Part shown: one piece after another, positions 46,923 to 56,555 of the stretch | How positions within the stretch are numbered: the first letter of the stretch is position 1 | Layout: every line of letters begins with the position of its first letter | Origin: Bacilli bacterium | GTDB lineage: Bacteria > Bacillota_I > Bacilli_A > RFN20 > CAG-449 | DNA: 64,000 nucleotides | Reading direction: 5' to 3' | NCBI GenBank assembly: GCA_048359995.1 | Contig: DBGCPK010000017.1 | Coordinates: 137,240 to 201,239 of the forward strand | The notes under the pieces: generated by a model | Database searches by the model: none | Seen by the model: the letters and a program-made list of their open reading frames with translations, nothing else | Told to the model about the DNA's origin: nothing | Made by a program: the position numbers and the translations under genes

Positions 46923-48099
46923 AATCGAATTGCTCGCGCCTGCCGGAAATCCGGAAAAACTGAAAGTCGCCGTACTTTACGGCGCGGATGCGGTGTACCT
47001 CGGAGGAAAGGAATTATCTCTTCGCAATGCTTCTGAAAATTTCAGTTTTCGAGAGATCGAAGAAGGCGTAGAATTCGCCCATTTTCATGGTGCAAAGGTG
47101 TATGTCGCCTTGAACGCTTATCCCGAAGACCGCGATCGAGAAACAATCGACGGAACGCTGAAAAGATTAGACGAAATCGGCGTCGACGCGATCATCGTTT
47201 CTTCGCTGTACATTCTTCGGCGAGCGGCCGAATTGCATTGCCGTTTCGGGCTTCACGTTTCGACGCAGGAATCGGTCACGAATAGATACGGCATCGGTTT
47301 TTTTCGTGACTATTCCGTTTCTCGTGTGATTTTGGCGAGAGAAATGAGTTTGGAACAGATTCGAAGGATCAAAGAAAATGTCGACGTCGATTTGGAAGTT
47401 TTCATTCACGGCGCGATGTGCTGCTCTTATTCGGGGCGATGCACGCTGTCGGATTTTTTCACAGGCAGGAAAGCGAATCGAGGAGATTGCGCTCATCCGT
47501 GCCGTTGGAAATATGCGCTTTATCGGGAAGAAGAAGAGACGGGAACTTTGATGATGGGAAGCAAGGATCTGATGGCGTTAAGAAGACTGCCTGCCTTGAT
47601 CGATGCCGGCATTGCATCGTTGAAAATCGAAGGGCGTATGAAGTCTCTTTCCTATCTGGCGCATACCGTCAAGGCCTATCGAACTTATCTCGACGATATC
47701 TATAACGAGACCGTCGGAAAGAAGGGGAAGTATCTGGCGATGATGGAAAATGCCGTCAACAGAGAGACGACGGAAGGATGGCTGAAAGGGGAATGCACCG
47801 AAGATGACCTGATCGGAGAGTCTTCTTCCACGCCGGTGCAGAATTATCTGGGATTGATTTTGGACTACGATTTCGTTTCAAAAACGGCTCTGATCGCGTT
47901 GAAAAATCCTTTTTCGGTGGGAAAAGAAATCGAAGTTTTTTCCTATGATACGGAAAATCGTTCGTTCGTCGTCGAGGAAATTCTCGATCCTGAAAACCGC
48001 GCGGTGCCGATCGCGGATAATACGTTTTTCCGCTATCGGATCAAGGTGCCGTTTCCGGTAAAAAGTTTCGAAATGCTGATGAAAAAAGCAGTCCGATGA
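46912..48099 (+). CDS. U32 family protein (collagenase-like / TrhP-RlhA-YrrO-type Fe-S hydroxylase)
   Basis: ELLAPAGN...FIHGAMCCSYSGRC...GRKANRGDCAHPCRW. Confidence 0.8.
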   Translation: MKRKIELLAPAGNPEKLKVAVLYGADAVYLGGKELSLRNASENFSFREIEEGVEFAHFHGAKVYVALNAYPEDRDRETIDGTLKRLDEIGVDAIIVSSLYILRRAAELHCRFGLHVSTQESVTNRYGIGFFRDYSVSRVILAREMSLEQIRRIKENVDVDLEVFIHGAMCCSYSGRCTLSDFFTGRKANRGDCAHPCRWKYALYREEEETGTLMMGSKDLMALRRLPALIDAGIASLKIEGRMKSLSYLAHTVKAYRTYLDDIYNETVGKKGKYLAMMENAVNRETTEGWLKGECTEDDLIGESSSTPVQNYLGLILDYDFVSKTALIALKNPFSVGKEIEVFSYDTENRSFVVEEILDPENRAVPIADNTFFRYRIKVPFPVKSFEMLMKKAVR

Positions 48100-48927
48100 C
48101 TACTTTTTGCTGACGAAGATATAGCCGAACGCGTTCGGTCCCCAATGGCAGGCGATCGCGTGGTCGAGATCGTCGACGACTTCCATCTGCGCGCGAAAGC
48201 GAGGATCGCTCATCGCGATCAATGCGTCGAGATTGTCGCGGTTGTACGTCATCGAAGGGATAATCGGATAATTCGGATCGCAGTCCTTTTTGATCAACTG
48301 CGCGGCAAGGTATTTCATCGCGTTTTTCAATCCGATCTTTTTGGTAAACATCTTGACTTTTCCGTCTTCGATGCCGATAATCGGTTTGATATTGACGAGG
48401 CTTCCCAGAATGTAGTCTTTTTTGGAAAGCCGTCCGCCCAAAAAGAGGTATTCCAGCGTTTCCGGAATCGCCATGATGTTGATTCGCGGAATCAAATTTC
48501 GGATTCTTTCGATAATCCGATCGACTGTTTCGTCTCTGTGCGCGTTGATTTCTTCGACGAGAATCCGAATGCCGCCGACGGCCATTCGGGTATCGACTAC
48601 ATGCACTTTCTCTTCGTCTTCGAATAAGAGGCGCAAGGCATTGTACGTGCCTGAGATTTCTCCGGATATCGTCAGAATCAGCACTTCGTCTCCCTGAGAA
48701 AGGTAGTTTTGAATTTTCTCATTTGTCTCCTGCATCGACGGCAGAGAAGTTTTCGGAAATTCCTTTTTGTTGATCAAAAAATCGTAAAAGACCTCATTGT
48801 CAAGGTCAATGCCGTCGCGGTATTCTTTTCCCCCGAGATGAAAGAGGAGGGGGATAATCTCCACCTGATACTTTTCTTTTTCGCATTGCTTGATGCTGCT
48901 CCCGGAATCCACGAATACGCGTAACAT
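48100..48927 (-). CDS. DegV family fatty-acid-binding protein
   Basis: MLRVFVDSGSS... DegV fold. Confidence 0.85.
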   Translation of the reverse strand: MLRVFVDSGSSIKQCEKEKYQVEIIPLLFHLGGKEYRDGIDLDNEVFYDFLINKKEFPKTSLPSMQETNEKIQNYLSQGDEVLILTISGEISGTYNALRLLFEDEEKVHVVDTRMAVGGIRILVEEINAHRDETVDRIIERIRNLIPRINIMAIPETLEYLFLGGRLSKKDYILGSLVNIKPIIGIEDGKVKMFTKKIGLKNAMKYLAAQLIKKDCDPNYPIIPSMTYNRDNLDALIAMSDPRFRAQMEVVDDLDHAIACHWGPNAFGYIFVSKK

Positions 48928-48929
48928 AA

Positions 48930-49646
48930 CTATACCTCCAATTTCAATCTTTTTAAAAGAGGAATGACTTCCTCCATATTCAAGTGAGGAAAATCCGCTC
49001 GCTTCTTTTCATCATAGATAACGAAATTACCGACCATGTAGGTGCGAATTCCGCAGGAAGAAGCGCATAATCCGTCTTCGACTTCGTTGTTTCCAAACAG
49101 GACGACTTCGTCGGGACGTAAAGAAAATTTTTCGAGAAGATCTTTGAAATAATCCGGATTCGGCTTGCAATAACGGGAATTTTCGTAAGTAGTAATCTCG
49201 TCGAAATCCTGTTTTTTCAAATCGACAAACGACATTCGTTTCAAGGTGGCGACTTCCGGAAAGATCGGATTGGTAGAAAGTATCACCAACGAAAAGAGTT
49301 TTTTTGCGCATCGGACGATGTCTTGCGCGAGTGGATTGTCTGAACAGCAAGCGATGGTTTGAGCAAATTCGTCGGCATAGAATTCGTCGAAGATAGCCTT
49401 GTCTTTCCGCTTTTCTTCGCCGTAAACGGAAGCAAATTCATCCCAGAAAACTTCTTCATTCGAGCGTTTTCCGTCATTGAGATACATCCGCTTCGTCCCT
49501 TGCCAGATCGTCTTCATCAGCAAGTCCGGGAGATAACCGTATTCGGTCGCTTTTTTGCATAAAAGCGAAAAATAGAGATCGGTAAATTTTTTCTCGTCCA
49601 TCGGAAGAAGCGTTCCGTCTAAATCAAAAAATATCGCTCGTATCAT
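48930..49646 (-). CDS. HAD-IA hydrolase
   Basis: FFDLDGTL motif. Confidence 0.75.
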   Translation of the reverse strand: MIRAIFFDLDGTLLPMDEKKFTDLYFSLLCKKATEYGYLPDLLMKTIWQGTKRMYLNDGKRSNEEVFWDEFASVYGEEKRKDKAIFDEFYADEFAQTIACCSDNPLAQDIVRCAKKLFSLVILSTNPIFPEVATLKRMSFVDLKKQDFDEITTYENSRYCKPNPDYFKDLLEKFSLRPDEVVLFGNNEVEDGLCASSCGIRTYMVGNFVIYDEKKRADFPHLNMEEVIPLLKRLKLEV

Positions 49647-49697
49647 AACATCCTTTTGCTTGTTTCGATAACGGTCTTACGACCTGAAAAATCAATT

Positions 49698-49774
49698 TGG
49701 TGACCTATACCGGATTCGAACCGGTGAATGATACCTTGAGAGGGTACTGAGTTAAGCCGCTTCTCCAATAGGCC
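49698..49774 (-). tRNA. tRNA-Glu (anticodon CTC)
   Basis: 77-nt cloverleaf by hand fold. GGCCTAT acceptor, T-loop GGTTCGAATCC, anticodon loop CTCTCAA, encoded CCA. Confidence 0.85.
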
Positions 49775-49946
49775 GTGACTATATTGTCATATAATTCGAG
49801 ACCGATTTCAAGCAAAAAAGAAAATCGAAATGATTTTGAGGCCGATCCGCTGCAAATCGTCGTCGAAAAAACGCGTCGCAATCTTGCAAGTCAAAAAAGA
49901 AGAGGATAATTTGCGGATTTCTTTGTCGCGTTTATTCGGATATAGA

Positions 49947-49973
49947 AAAGAGTTGCCGGAGCAACTCTTTTTG
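49947..49973. terminator. Hairpin terminator between malQ and the tRNA-Glu region
   Basis: AAAGAGTTGC-CGGA-GCAACTCTTT with flanking T-runs. Confidence 0.4.
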
Positions 49974-49974
49974 T

Positions 49975-51552
49975 TTAATCGCGATGGGCTTCTTCTGTCA
50001 TTACGGCCAAATGAGCGGCCAATTCGTCGGATAATTCGCTCTTTTCGATGCGGAACTGCCAGTTTCCGGAAGCAACTCCCGGAGTATTCATGCGGGAGTA
50101 TTTGTCCATGTGCAGCAAGTCCTGAGGAGAGAATATGACGACATTGGCACGGCTTCGCATCAAAGCGCCGATCATCGTATCGAGAATATCTTTGTCGTCC
50201 CAAATTTGGAGGTAATCTTTCATCGGGGCTTTTAATTCCGGATGTTCTTCCAGAAAATTGACCATCACATCGTTGTCGTGCGTGCCGAGATAGGCGATGC
50301 AGTTTTCTTCGTAGTTATGCGGAAGAAACGGATTTTTCAGTTTGGCTTCCTTGTATTCCTTTTCGGTATGGCAAGAAGAGAAATCCGCGCCGCCGCGCTC
50401 GTTCGGATCGTCTTCATAGTAAATTCCGGCCAAATGGCGGTTATAGTCGTCGAAAGCGAATTGCATCAGTTTCATTCCCGGGAATCCCGTCTGCGCTTTC
50501 AACGCTTTGACTTCGTCGGTGATTACGCCCAAATCTTCGGCGATGATCTGGCACTTCTTCGTGCATTTTTCCAAGTGGGCGAAGAGATCGTATCCCGGTC
50601 CTTTTACCCATTCGCCGTTGATCGCGGTCTTTTCACCGAAATCGACGGACCAGTAGGATTCGAAGCCGCGGAAATGATCGATTCGGACGCAGTCGAAGAG
50701 TTTCGCCGCGCTTTGCACCCGTTTCCGCCACCAGAAGTAATTGGTCTTTTTCATTTTATCCCAATCGTAGATCGGATTTCCCCAGAGTTGTCCTGTCGCG
50801 GAGAAGAAATCAGGCGGTACGCCTGCCACTTTCACCGGGCGGCGATTTCTGTCGAGCATAAAGAGTTTCGGGTGTCCCCAAACGTCGGCAGAATCGAGGG
50901 AAACGTAGATAGGCATATCCCCGATCAGGCGGATTCCTTTTCGTTTTGCGTGCGCTTTGAGTTTTCGGTATTGTTTGAAAGCTTCATATTGCACGAAAAT
51001 CCAAAACCGATATTCGTCGATATTGGCTTCTTTCGCTTTTCGAATGGCGCTTTTTTTATGAAGACGATAATCCCGTTTCCAATCCTGAAAAGACGCGCCT
51101 CCGTGCAACCCCTTCAAAAGCATGAAACAAGCGTAATCTTCCAGCCAGTAACGATTTTTGCGGTAAAATTTCTGAATTTCGCCTTCTAAAAGCGGATAGC
51201 CGCGGACATATGCTTTGCGGAGAACGTCGAAGCGTTCCTCATAGACTTTGCCGAAATCGACGAAATGAATATTGCTACCGCCTTTGATCTTCTTGACTTC
51301 TTTCTTTTCCAAGAGACCTTCTTTGACCAGAATATCCAAATCGATGAAGTAAGGATTCAAGGCAAACGCCGAAAAACTTTGATAAGGAGAATCGCCGTAA
51401 CTGGTCGGGTTCAAAGGAAGCATCTGCCAGTATTTTTGCTTGCTTTTAACCAAAAATTTGATGAAAGAATGCGCCTCTTTTCCGAATGTGCCGATTCCGT
51501 GCTTGCTCGGCAGAGAAGAAATATGCAATAATAAACCAGAACCTTTTTCCAT
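49975..51552 (-). CDS. malQ: 4-alpha-glucanotransferase (amylomaltase, GH77)
   Basis: 525 aa. LHISSLPS...GIG N-terminus and GH77 motifs. Confidence 0.9.
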   Translation of the reverse strand: MEKGSGLLLHISSLPSKHGIGTFGKEAHSFIKFLVKSKQKYWQMLPLNPTSYGDSPYQSFSAFALNPYFIDLDILVKEGLLEKKEVKKIKGGSNIHFVDFGKVYEERFDVLRKAYVRGYPLLEGEIQKFYRKNRYWLEDYACFMLLKGLHGGASFQDWKRDYRLHKKSAIRKAKEANIDEYRFWIFVQYEAFKQYRKLKAHAKRKGIRLIGDMPIYVSLDSADVWGHPKLFMLDRNRRPVKVAGVPPDFFSATGQLWGNPIYDWDKMKKTNYFWWRKRVQSAAKLFDCVRIDHFRGFESYWSVDFGEKTAINGEWVKGPGYDLFAHLEKCTKKCQIIAEDLGVITDEVKALKAQTGFPGMKLMQFAFDDYNRHLAGIYYEDDPNERGGADFSSCHTEKEYKEAKLKNPFLPHNYEENCIAYLGTHDNDVMVNFLEEHPELKAPMKDYLQIWDDKDILDTMIGALMRSRANVVIFSPQDLLHMDKYSRMNTPGVASGNWQFRIEKSELSDELAAHLAVMTEEAHRD

Positions 51553-51628
51553 TTTTTACACCTCTGTTTCTATTATAATTTCTATGCGCGGTTAAAACAA
51601 TCAATTTCTCGATTTTCGCGGTTTTCCA

Positions 51629-51661
51629 CGCAAAAAAAGAAAGGAAAACAAATTCCTTTCT
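51629..51661 (-). terminator. Intrinsic terminator of the hydrogenase operon
   Basis: Minus strand AAGAAAGGAA...TTCCTTTCTT followed by TTTTT. Confidence 0.55.
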
Positions 51662-51681
51662 TGCGGAAGACGGAACGGAAT

Positions 51682-53412
51682 TCAACTTTTCGAACTGTCG
51701 TGAAAGTGCGTATGAAGAAGTTCGTGCGCTTTTTCCGACCCCGGCTTTCCCAAAAATTCTTCGTAGATCTTCCGGATCGCCTCGTTTTCGGAGGCGACGC
51801 GGACTTTTTGCTCTTTGTCGATCGAGGAAACCGCAGTCTTCCTGCTTCGTAAGACGAAATCCTGATTTTCATCGGAGGAAACGATTTGACCTCCGCCGTT
51901 GATGCAACCGCCCGGACAAGCCATTACTTCGATCGCGTCGAAACGGGCGATTCCGGTTCGGATTCCTTCCAGAACAGCTTTGACGTTTTTCAAGCCCGAG
52001 ACGATCCCCAAGCGCAGTTCTTTTCCGTTTAAAGAGATCGCGGCTTCTATAACGCCATGGAAGACCGCGCTGTTTGAAAAGCGAATCTCCTTTGACGTAC
52101 CCGATAGCGTGCGGACGACGCTTTCCATCACGCCGCCGGTATTGGCGAAGAGAACGCCGCCTCCGCTGAAAGAGGCGAACGGGGGATCGAATTCCGCTTC
52201 ATCGATTTCGTTCAGGAGAACGCCGTGGCGTTTCAGAAGTTCGACGTATTCTTTAACCGTGATCACCAGATCGACGTTTTTCAGCCCGTCGTTTGCCAGT
52301 TCTTCGCGATCGGCCTCGCGTTTTTTGGCTAAACAAGGCATCAAGGCTACGGAGACGATGCTTTTCGGATCGACGTTGGCTTTCTCCGCGTAATAGGTTT
52401 TGATCATCGCACCGAGCATTTCCATCGGAGATTTGCATGAAGAAGGAAGACAAATCAGATCGGGATATTGAATTTCCAAGTGCTTGATCCATCCCGGACA
52501 GCAGGAGGTGATCAAAGGGAGATTTCGGTTTTCTTCAAGTCGTCGAAGAAGTTCGTCGGCTTCTTCCATTACCGTCAGATCGGCGCCGAAATTCGTGTCG
52601 AAAACTTTGTCGAAGCCGACGGCTTTTAACGAAGCAACCATCTTTTTGCTGACATCGGTTCCGGCAGGAAAGTTGAAAGCTTCTCCGAGGGTCACCCGCG
52701 TCGCCGGTGCGGTTTGGATCACGACGGTTTTGGTCGGATCGTTCAGATAATTTTCGAGTCGGTCCAACGCGCTGCTCTGCATCAAAGCACCTGTCGGACA
52801 GACTTGAACGCACTGACCGCAAGTGATGCACTTCGAAGGATCGGAGATGCGCAGTTTGAAATTGCGGTAAGACGGAGAAATCGCCCGAATGCCCTGCAAG
52901 GAATCGCAGACCGCGACGCAGCGACAGCATCGAATGCACTTCGACGCGTTTCGGAAAAGACCGCGCACGTCCGTATAACGGTTTTCATAAGAATGCTCAC
53001 CTTGAAAAGGAATCTCCCGAACGCCGAGTTCTTTCGCCAGATCCTGCAAACGGCAATCGCCGTTTTTCGGGCAGAGCAGACAATCGTTCGGATGATCCGA
53101 CAAGAGCAAGGTCACCGTTTTTTTTCTCGCTTCGACGACTTTCGGAGAGTCGGTGAAGATTTCCATACCGTCGGCGACTTCGGTGGAACAAGCGGCAAAG
53201 AGTTCGTCGCGTCCCTTGATTTCTACTAAACAAACCCGACAAGAAGACGGTCGGTGTTCCAATTGAATTTCCGGTCGGGACAGATAGCAGAGCGTCGGTA
53301 TCCGAATCCCGCGCTTTCGTGCAGCTTTCAGTATCGTCATCGGGGTATCTTCCCGATATTCTTTTCCGTTGATTTTGAAATTCACAATCCGATCCTCCGT
53401 TCTATCTGACAA
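51682..53412 (-). CDS. hydA: [FeFe]-hydrogenase catalytic subunit (HydA, M3-type)
   Basis: N-terminal 2Fe-2S domain, 4Fe-4S domains, and H-cluster motifs TSCCPGW, MPCLAKKREA and EVMACPGGCINGGGQ. Confidence 0.9.
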   Translation of the reverse strand: MSDRTEDRIVNFKINGKEYREDTPMTILKAARKRGIRIPTLCYLSRPEIQLEHRPSSCRVCLVEIKGRDELFAACSTEVADGMEIFTDSPKVVEARKKTVTLLLSDHPNDCLLCPKNGDCRLQDLAKELGVREIPFQGEHSYENRYTDVRGLFRNASKCIRCCRCVAVCDSLQGIRAISPSYRNFKLRISDPSKCITCGQCVQVCPTGALMQSSALDRLENYLNDPTKTVVIQTAPATRVTLGEAFNFPAGTDVSKKMVASLKAVGFDKVFDTNFGADLTVMEEADELLRRLEENRNLPLITSCCPGWIKHLEIQYPDLICLPSSCKSPMEMLGAMIKTYYAEKANVDPKSIVSVALMPCLAKKREADREELANDGLKNVDLVITVKEYVELLKRHGVLLNEIDEAEFDPPFASFSGGGVLFANTGGVMESVVRTLSGTSKEIRFSNSAVFHGVIEAAISLNGKELRLGIVSGLKNVKAVLEGIRTGIARFDAIEVMACPGGCINGGGQIVSSDENQDFVLRSRKTAVSSIDKEQKVRVASENEAIRKIYEEFLGKPGSEKAHELLHTHFHDSSKS

Positions 53413-54853
53413 TCGCTTTCGGTTTCGCCGGACATTTAGCCAGACAAGTGCCGCATTTGACGCATTTTTTCGAGTCGATCGCGAATGCGTTCAAACGCGG
53501 ATTCTTCCCGAAGAGATCGGTTTTGAAGATGGCGTTCACAGGGCAGTTTCTCGCGCACATTCCGCAACCGAGACAATTCGGAGTAACGATCCGATACTGC
53601 ACCAATGCCTTACACGAACCGGCAGGGCATTTTTTGTCGGCGTGGGCAAGGAATTCGCCTTCGAATTTTTCCAAAGCGGACAGGACGATGCCTGCGGACT
53701 TCTTTCCCAAAGCACAGAGCGAGGTTTGGCGGACGTAGAGGGACAGTTCCCTGATTCGGCGGACGTCTTCTTCGCTTCCTTTTCCTCCGATCAAAAGATC
53801 CAAGGCTTCCAAAATTCTTTTGATGCCGATCCGACACGGCGTGCATTTTCCGCAGGTCTCTTCATACAGAGAGCCGAGCGTAAAGCGGAGACGGCTGACG
53901 ATGCAGTCGTTCGCGTCGAAAAAGGTGATGTTGCCATCTTGGAATCGCGATTTCTCCACGCGGAGAATGTCCACATCGAGTTCGTTTTCGTCAAAAAAGG
54001 TATCGCCGATTAAGGCAGCCTTGAATTCTTTCTTATCCTTGATTCCGCCGGCTTGCTCGATGATTGTCCGAAGCGTCGTTTCCGAAGTATATTCGCTTAT
54101 TCCTGCTCGGGTGATCTGACCTGTCAAAGCGAAAAGGGCGGGAATTTCATCATCTTCGGTTTCCCGGGCAATCGGAAGTTGGATAAGTGCTTCGGAAGGA
54201 AAAATAAAAGCATGCGGATAAAGGTCGGGATAAACCGGTTCGGCTCTTCTTCCGTGCAGACTCGCTTTAAAAGCCGAATCGTCCATATGAACGAAATTCC
54301 GCATTCCGATCCGGATTCGGATGTTCAGCGAAAAGTCGATGCCCAGAATTCTTTCACCGACGAGACCGATTTCCCGAGCGTCGAGCAGTGCTTTCTTCAA
54401 GATCTCGGCGGCTTCTCTGTCGCGTTCGTCGATATAAATCATCGCCTCTTCGACCTTTGCAATCCGTGCGGCGATGAGTATGCTCTCGACGATGAGATGG
54501 GGATTCTTTGCGGCGATCGTCTTTCCGAAAAACGTTTCGGGATCGTGATCGGCCAAAGATGTGACGAGAACTTTATCGGGCGAAGAAATACCGGCAATTT
54601 GTTCCAATTTTTCGAGAAGAAGACTTTGCGATTGTCGATCTGTGATCGCTTTCGAACGAATTTTATCGCCGATTTCCGGATGTAGAAGAAGTTCGACGAA
54701 AGCACGGTAAGCACCTTTTCCGATCGCTTCTTCAAGATTCGTCGGATCTTCGATATCGAAGCGGCTTAAAATGGTATTCCGCTTTTTTTCTCCGTATTCC
54801 GCGATTCGTTCCAGGGAAAACGCGGAAAAGTTTTCGGGTGAATGAAATTTCAT
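53402..54853 (-). CDS. NuoF/HydB-like Fe-S subunit with degenerate FMN/NADH site
   Basis: C-terminal CGKCTPCR plus two CxxCxxCxxxCP motifs. The GxGGAGF and GAGAYICGEE motifs are absent. Confidence 0.75.
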   Translation of the reverse strand: MKFHSPENFSAFSLERIAEYGEKKRNTILSRFDIEDPTNLEEAIGKGAYRAFVELLLHPEIGDKIRSKAITDRQSQSLLLEKLEQIAGISSPDKVLVTSLADHDPETFFGKTIAAKNPHLIVESILIAARIAKVEEAMIYIDERDREAAEILKKALLDAREIGLVGERILGIDFSLNIRIRIGMRNFVHMDDSAFKASLHGRRAEPVYPDLYPHAFIFPSEALIQLPIARETEDDEIPALFALTGQITRAGISEYTSETTLRTIIEQAGGIKDKKEFKAALIGDTFFDENELDVDILRVEKSRFQDGNITFFDANDCIVSRLRFTLGSLYEETCGKCTPCRIGIKRILEALDLLIGGKGSEEDVRRIRELSLYVRQTSLCALGKKSAGIVLSALEKFEGEFLAHADKKCPAGSCKALVQYRIVTPNCLGCGMCARNCPVNAIFKTDLFGKNPRLNAFAIDSKKCVKCGTCLAKCPAKPKAIVR

Positions 54854-54862
54854 AGGTACTCC

Positions 54863-55342
54863 TTACTGTCGATTCAGAATTTCTTCGATCTCTTCGACTT
54901 TGACATTGCCGTAGATCCGGTCGTTGATTTGGACGACGGGAGCGAGGGAACACTTTCCGACACAGCGCAACGTCGTCAGCGTGAATTTTCCGTCCGATGT
55001 GGTTTCGCCGTTCTTGATTTTCAGCACTTCCTCGCACTTTTCCAGAACTTTTGCCGCGCCTTTGACATAGCAAGCGGTTCCTAAACATACATTGACGACA
55101 TTCGCGCCCTTGGGAAGCAGAGAGAAGCGATCGCATCCGGAGACCACGCCGAAAACTTCGGAAAGATTTAGATCGAAGCGATCGGCGACGAATTGCTGCA
55201 CCTTCAAGGGAAGATAGCCGAAAATCCTTTGGGCTTCGCAAAGAACATCGAACAAATCGTCGCGGGACTTCTCTTTCGCATATTCATCGAGTTGATGAAA
55301 CATCTCTTCGTTAGTTTGCATAATTCTTACCTCAGCAACCAT
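54863..55342 (-). CDS. hydC: NuoE/HydC-like thioredoxin-like [2Fe-2S] subunit
   Basis: CLGTACYVKG...CVGKCSLAPV. Confidence 0.8.
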   Translation of the reverse strand: MVAEVRIMQTNEEMFHQLDEYAKEKSRDDLFDVLCEAQRIFGYLPLKVQQFVADRFDLNLSEVFGVVSGCDRFSLLPKGANVVNVCLGTACYVKGAAKVLEKCEEVLKIKNGETTSDGKFTLTTLRCVGKCSLAPVVQINDRIYGNVKVEEIEEILNRQ

Positions 55343-55393
55343 TATAACGGAAAAAAGAAAGCGAAAAAACCTTTTCGATAAAATTTTATCTGT

Positions 55394-56554
55394 TTAATGG
55401 TAGCGGATCGTAACGATCTTGCCGCAGTCTTCCAGCGCCTTTTTCAGCGACTCGACGATTTTCATCTTCATCGAAAGGTCGATCGGCAAATCCTTATGCG
55501 CGGGGTTCAACGTTGTGCCGACGAAAAGGTGGACGTGGCTCGCCTGTTTGAGAATCAGATTGGCGATCAAATTCGCGCCGTCTTTCTGTTTCAGCGATTT
55601 GTCGGAAACGCTTTGGGTGTCGAGATATTTCTGCGCCAAATTCAGCACTTTTCCCAGCGTGATGACGCCTTCGGTAACCAAATCGACGCCTTCGATGCGC
55701 GCCGTAGGAGGTACATCGCTGTCAAGGTAGATCAGAGAAGTTTGGATTTCTTTGTTCAAATAGCGGGAAATGATCTTGGAAGTTGTTCCGCCGCAGACGA
55801 TTTTCACACCTTCCTGATTCATAAATTGCTCGGCGACCGAGAAATCGTCTTCCGGATTCATCGGAGGTCCGACTAAAATGTTGACGCTTTTCGGAGAGAG
55901 AATTTTCAACGCGGCGATCGTCGTATCGTCGCCGGGTTCTCCCATATAAAGCGCGTCGCAGGATTCGCCGATCAAAGCCGCGATCTGCCGCGCCGACATA
56001 TCCGGAGTGTAGTTGGCGCAGAGATACTGGGCGATATCCTCGATCGACCATCCTAAATTCATCGTCTTTCCGATGCCGGCGTGAGGCGCGCCGTCGGAAC
56101 AGAAAACCATCGCGTCGCCTTCTTCGGCGGCGATTTCCGAATAGAAAATGGTTTTGTTCATAATCTCTTTCTTCTGTCTTTTCAAAGGAAAAACCTTTCC
56201 GTTTCGCAAATAAATCAACGGGGGATTGTCGAATTCGAAAATATAGCCTTTTCCTTCGTGATCGACGTGAATGACGGTGAATGTCGAATAGGCGACCTTA
56301 CGCACGGAACAGACAGGCAATGTGGAAATCACGGAAGAAACGCATTCTTCGATTTCCGCGCCGTTGGCCAACATCAGGCAGAGCAATTTCGATGTCAAGG
56401 TCGCCAAAATATTGGCTTTCACTCCGGAACCCAATCCGTCGGCGAGAACGATCGTGGTTCCGTTTTCTTTCCGCACGATCTCGACCTTGTCGCCGCAGAG
56501 TTCTTCTCCTACGTGATTCAAAGAAACGTAGCCGTCGTCGATAAAGTACTTCAT
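55394..56554 (-). CDS. PP2C/SpoIIE-type serine phosphatase
   Basis: VLADGLGSGVKA and MVFCSDGAPHAG metal-binding Asp motifs. Confidence 0.8.
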   Translation of the reverse strand: MKYFIDDGYVSLNHVGEELCGDKVEIVRKENGTTIVLADGLGSGVKANILATLTSKLLCLMLANGAEIEECVSSVISTLPVCSVRKVAYSTFTVIHVDHEGKGYIFEFDNPPLIYLRNGKVFPLKRQKKEIMNKTIFYSEIAAEEGDAMVFCSDGAPHAGIGKTMNLGWSIEDIAQYLCANYTPDMSARQIAALIGESCDALYMGEPGDDTTIAALKILSPKSVNILVGPPMNPEDDFSVAEQFMNQEGVKIVCGGTTSKIISRYLNKEIQTSLIYLDSDVPPTARIEGVDLVTEGVITLGKVLNLAQKYLDTQSVSDKSLKQKDGANLIANLILKQASHVHLFVGTTLNPAHKDLPIDLSMKMKIVESLKKALEDCGKIVTIRYH

Positions 56555-56555
56555 C

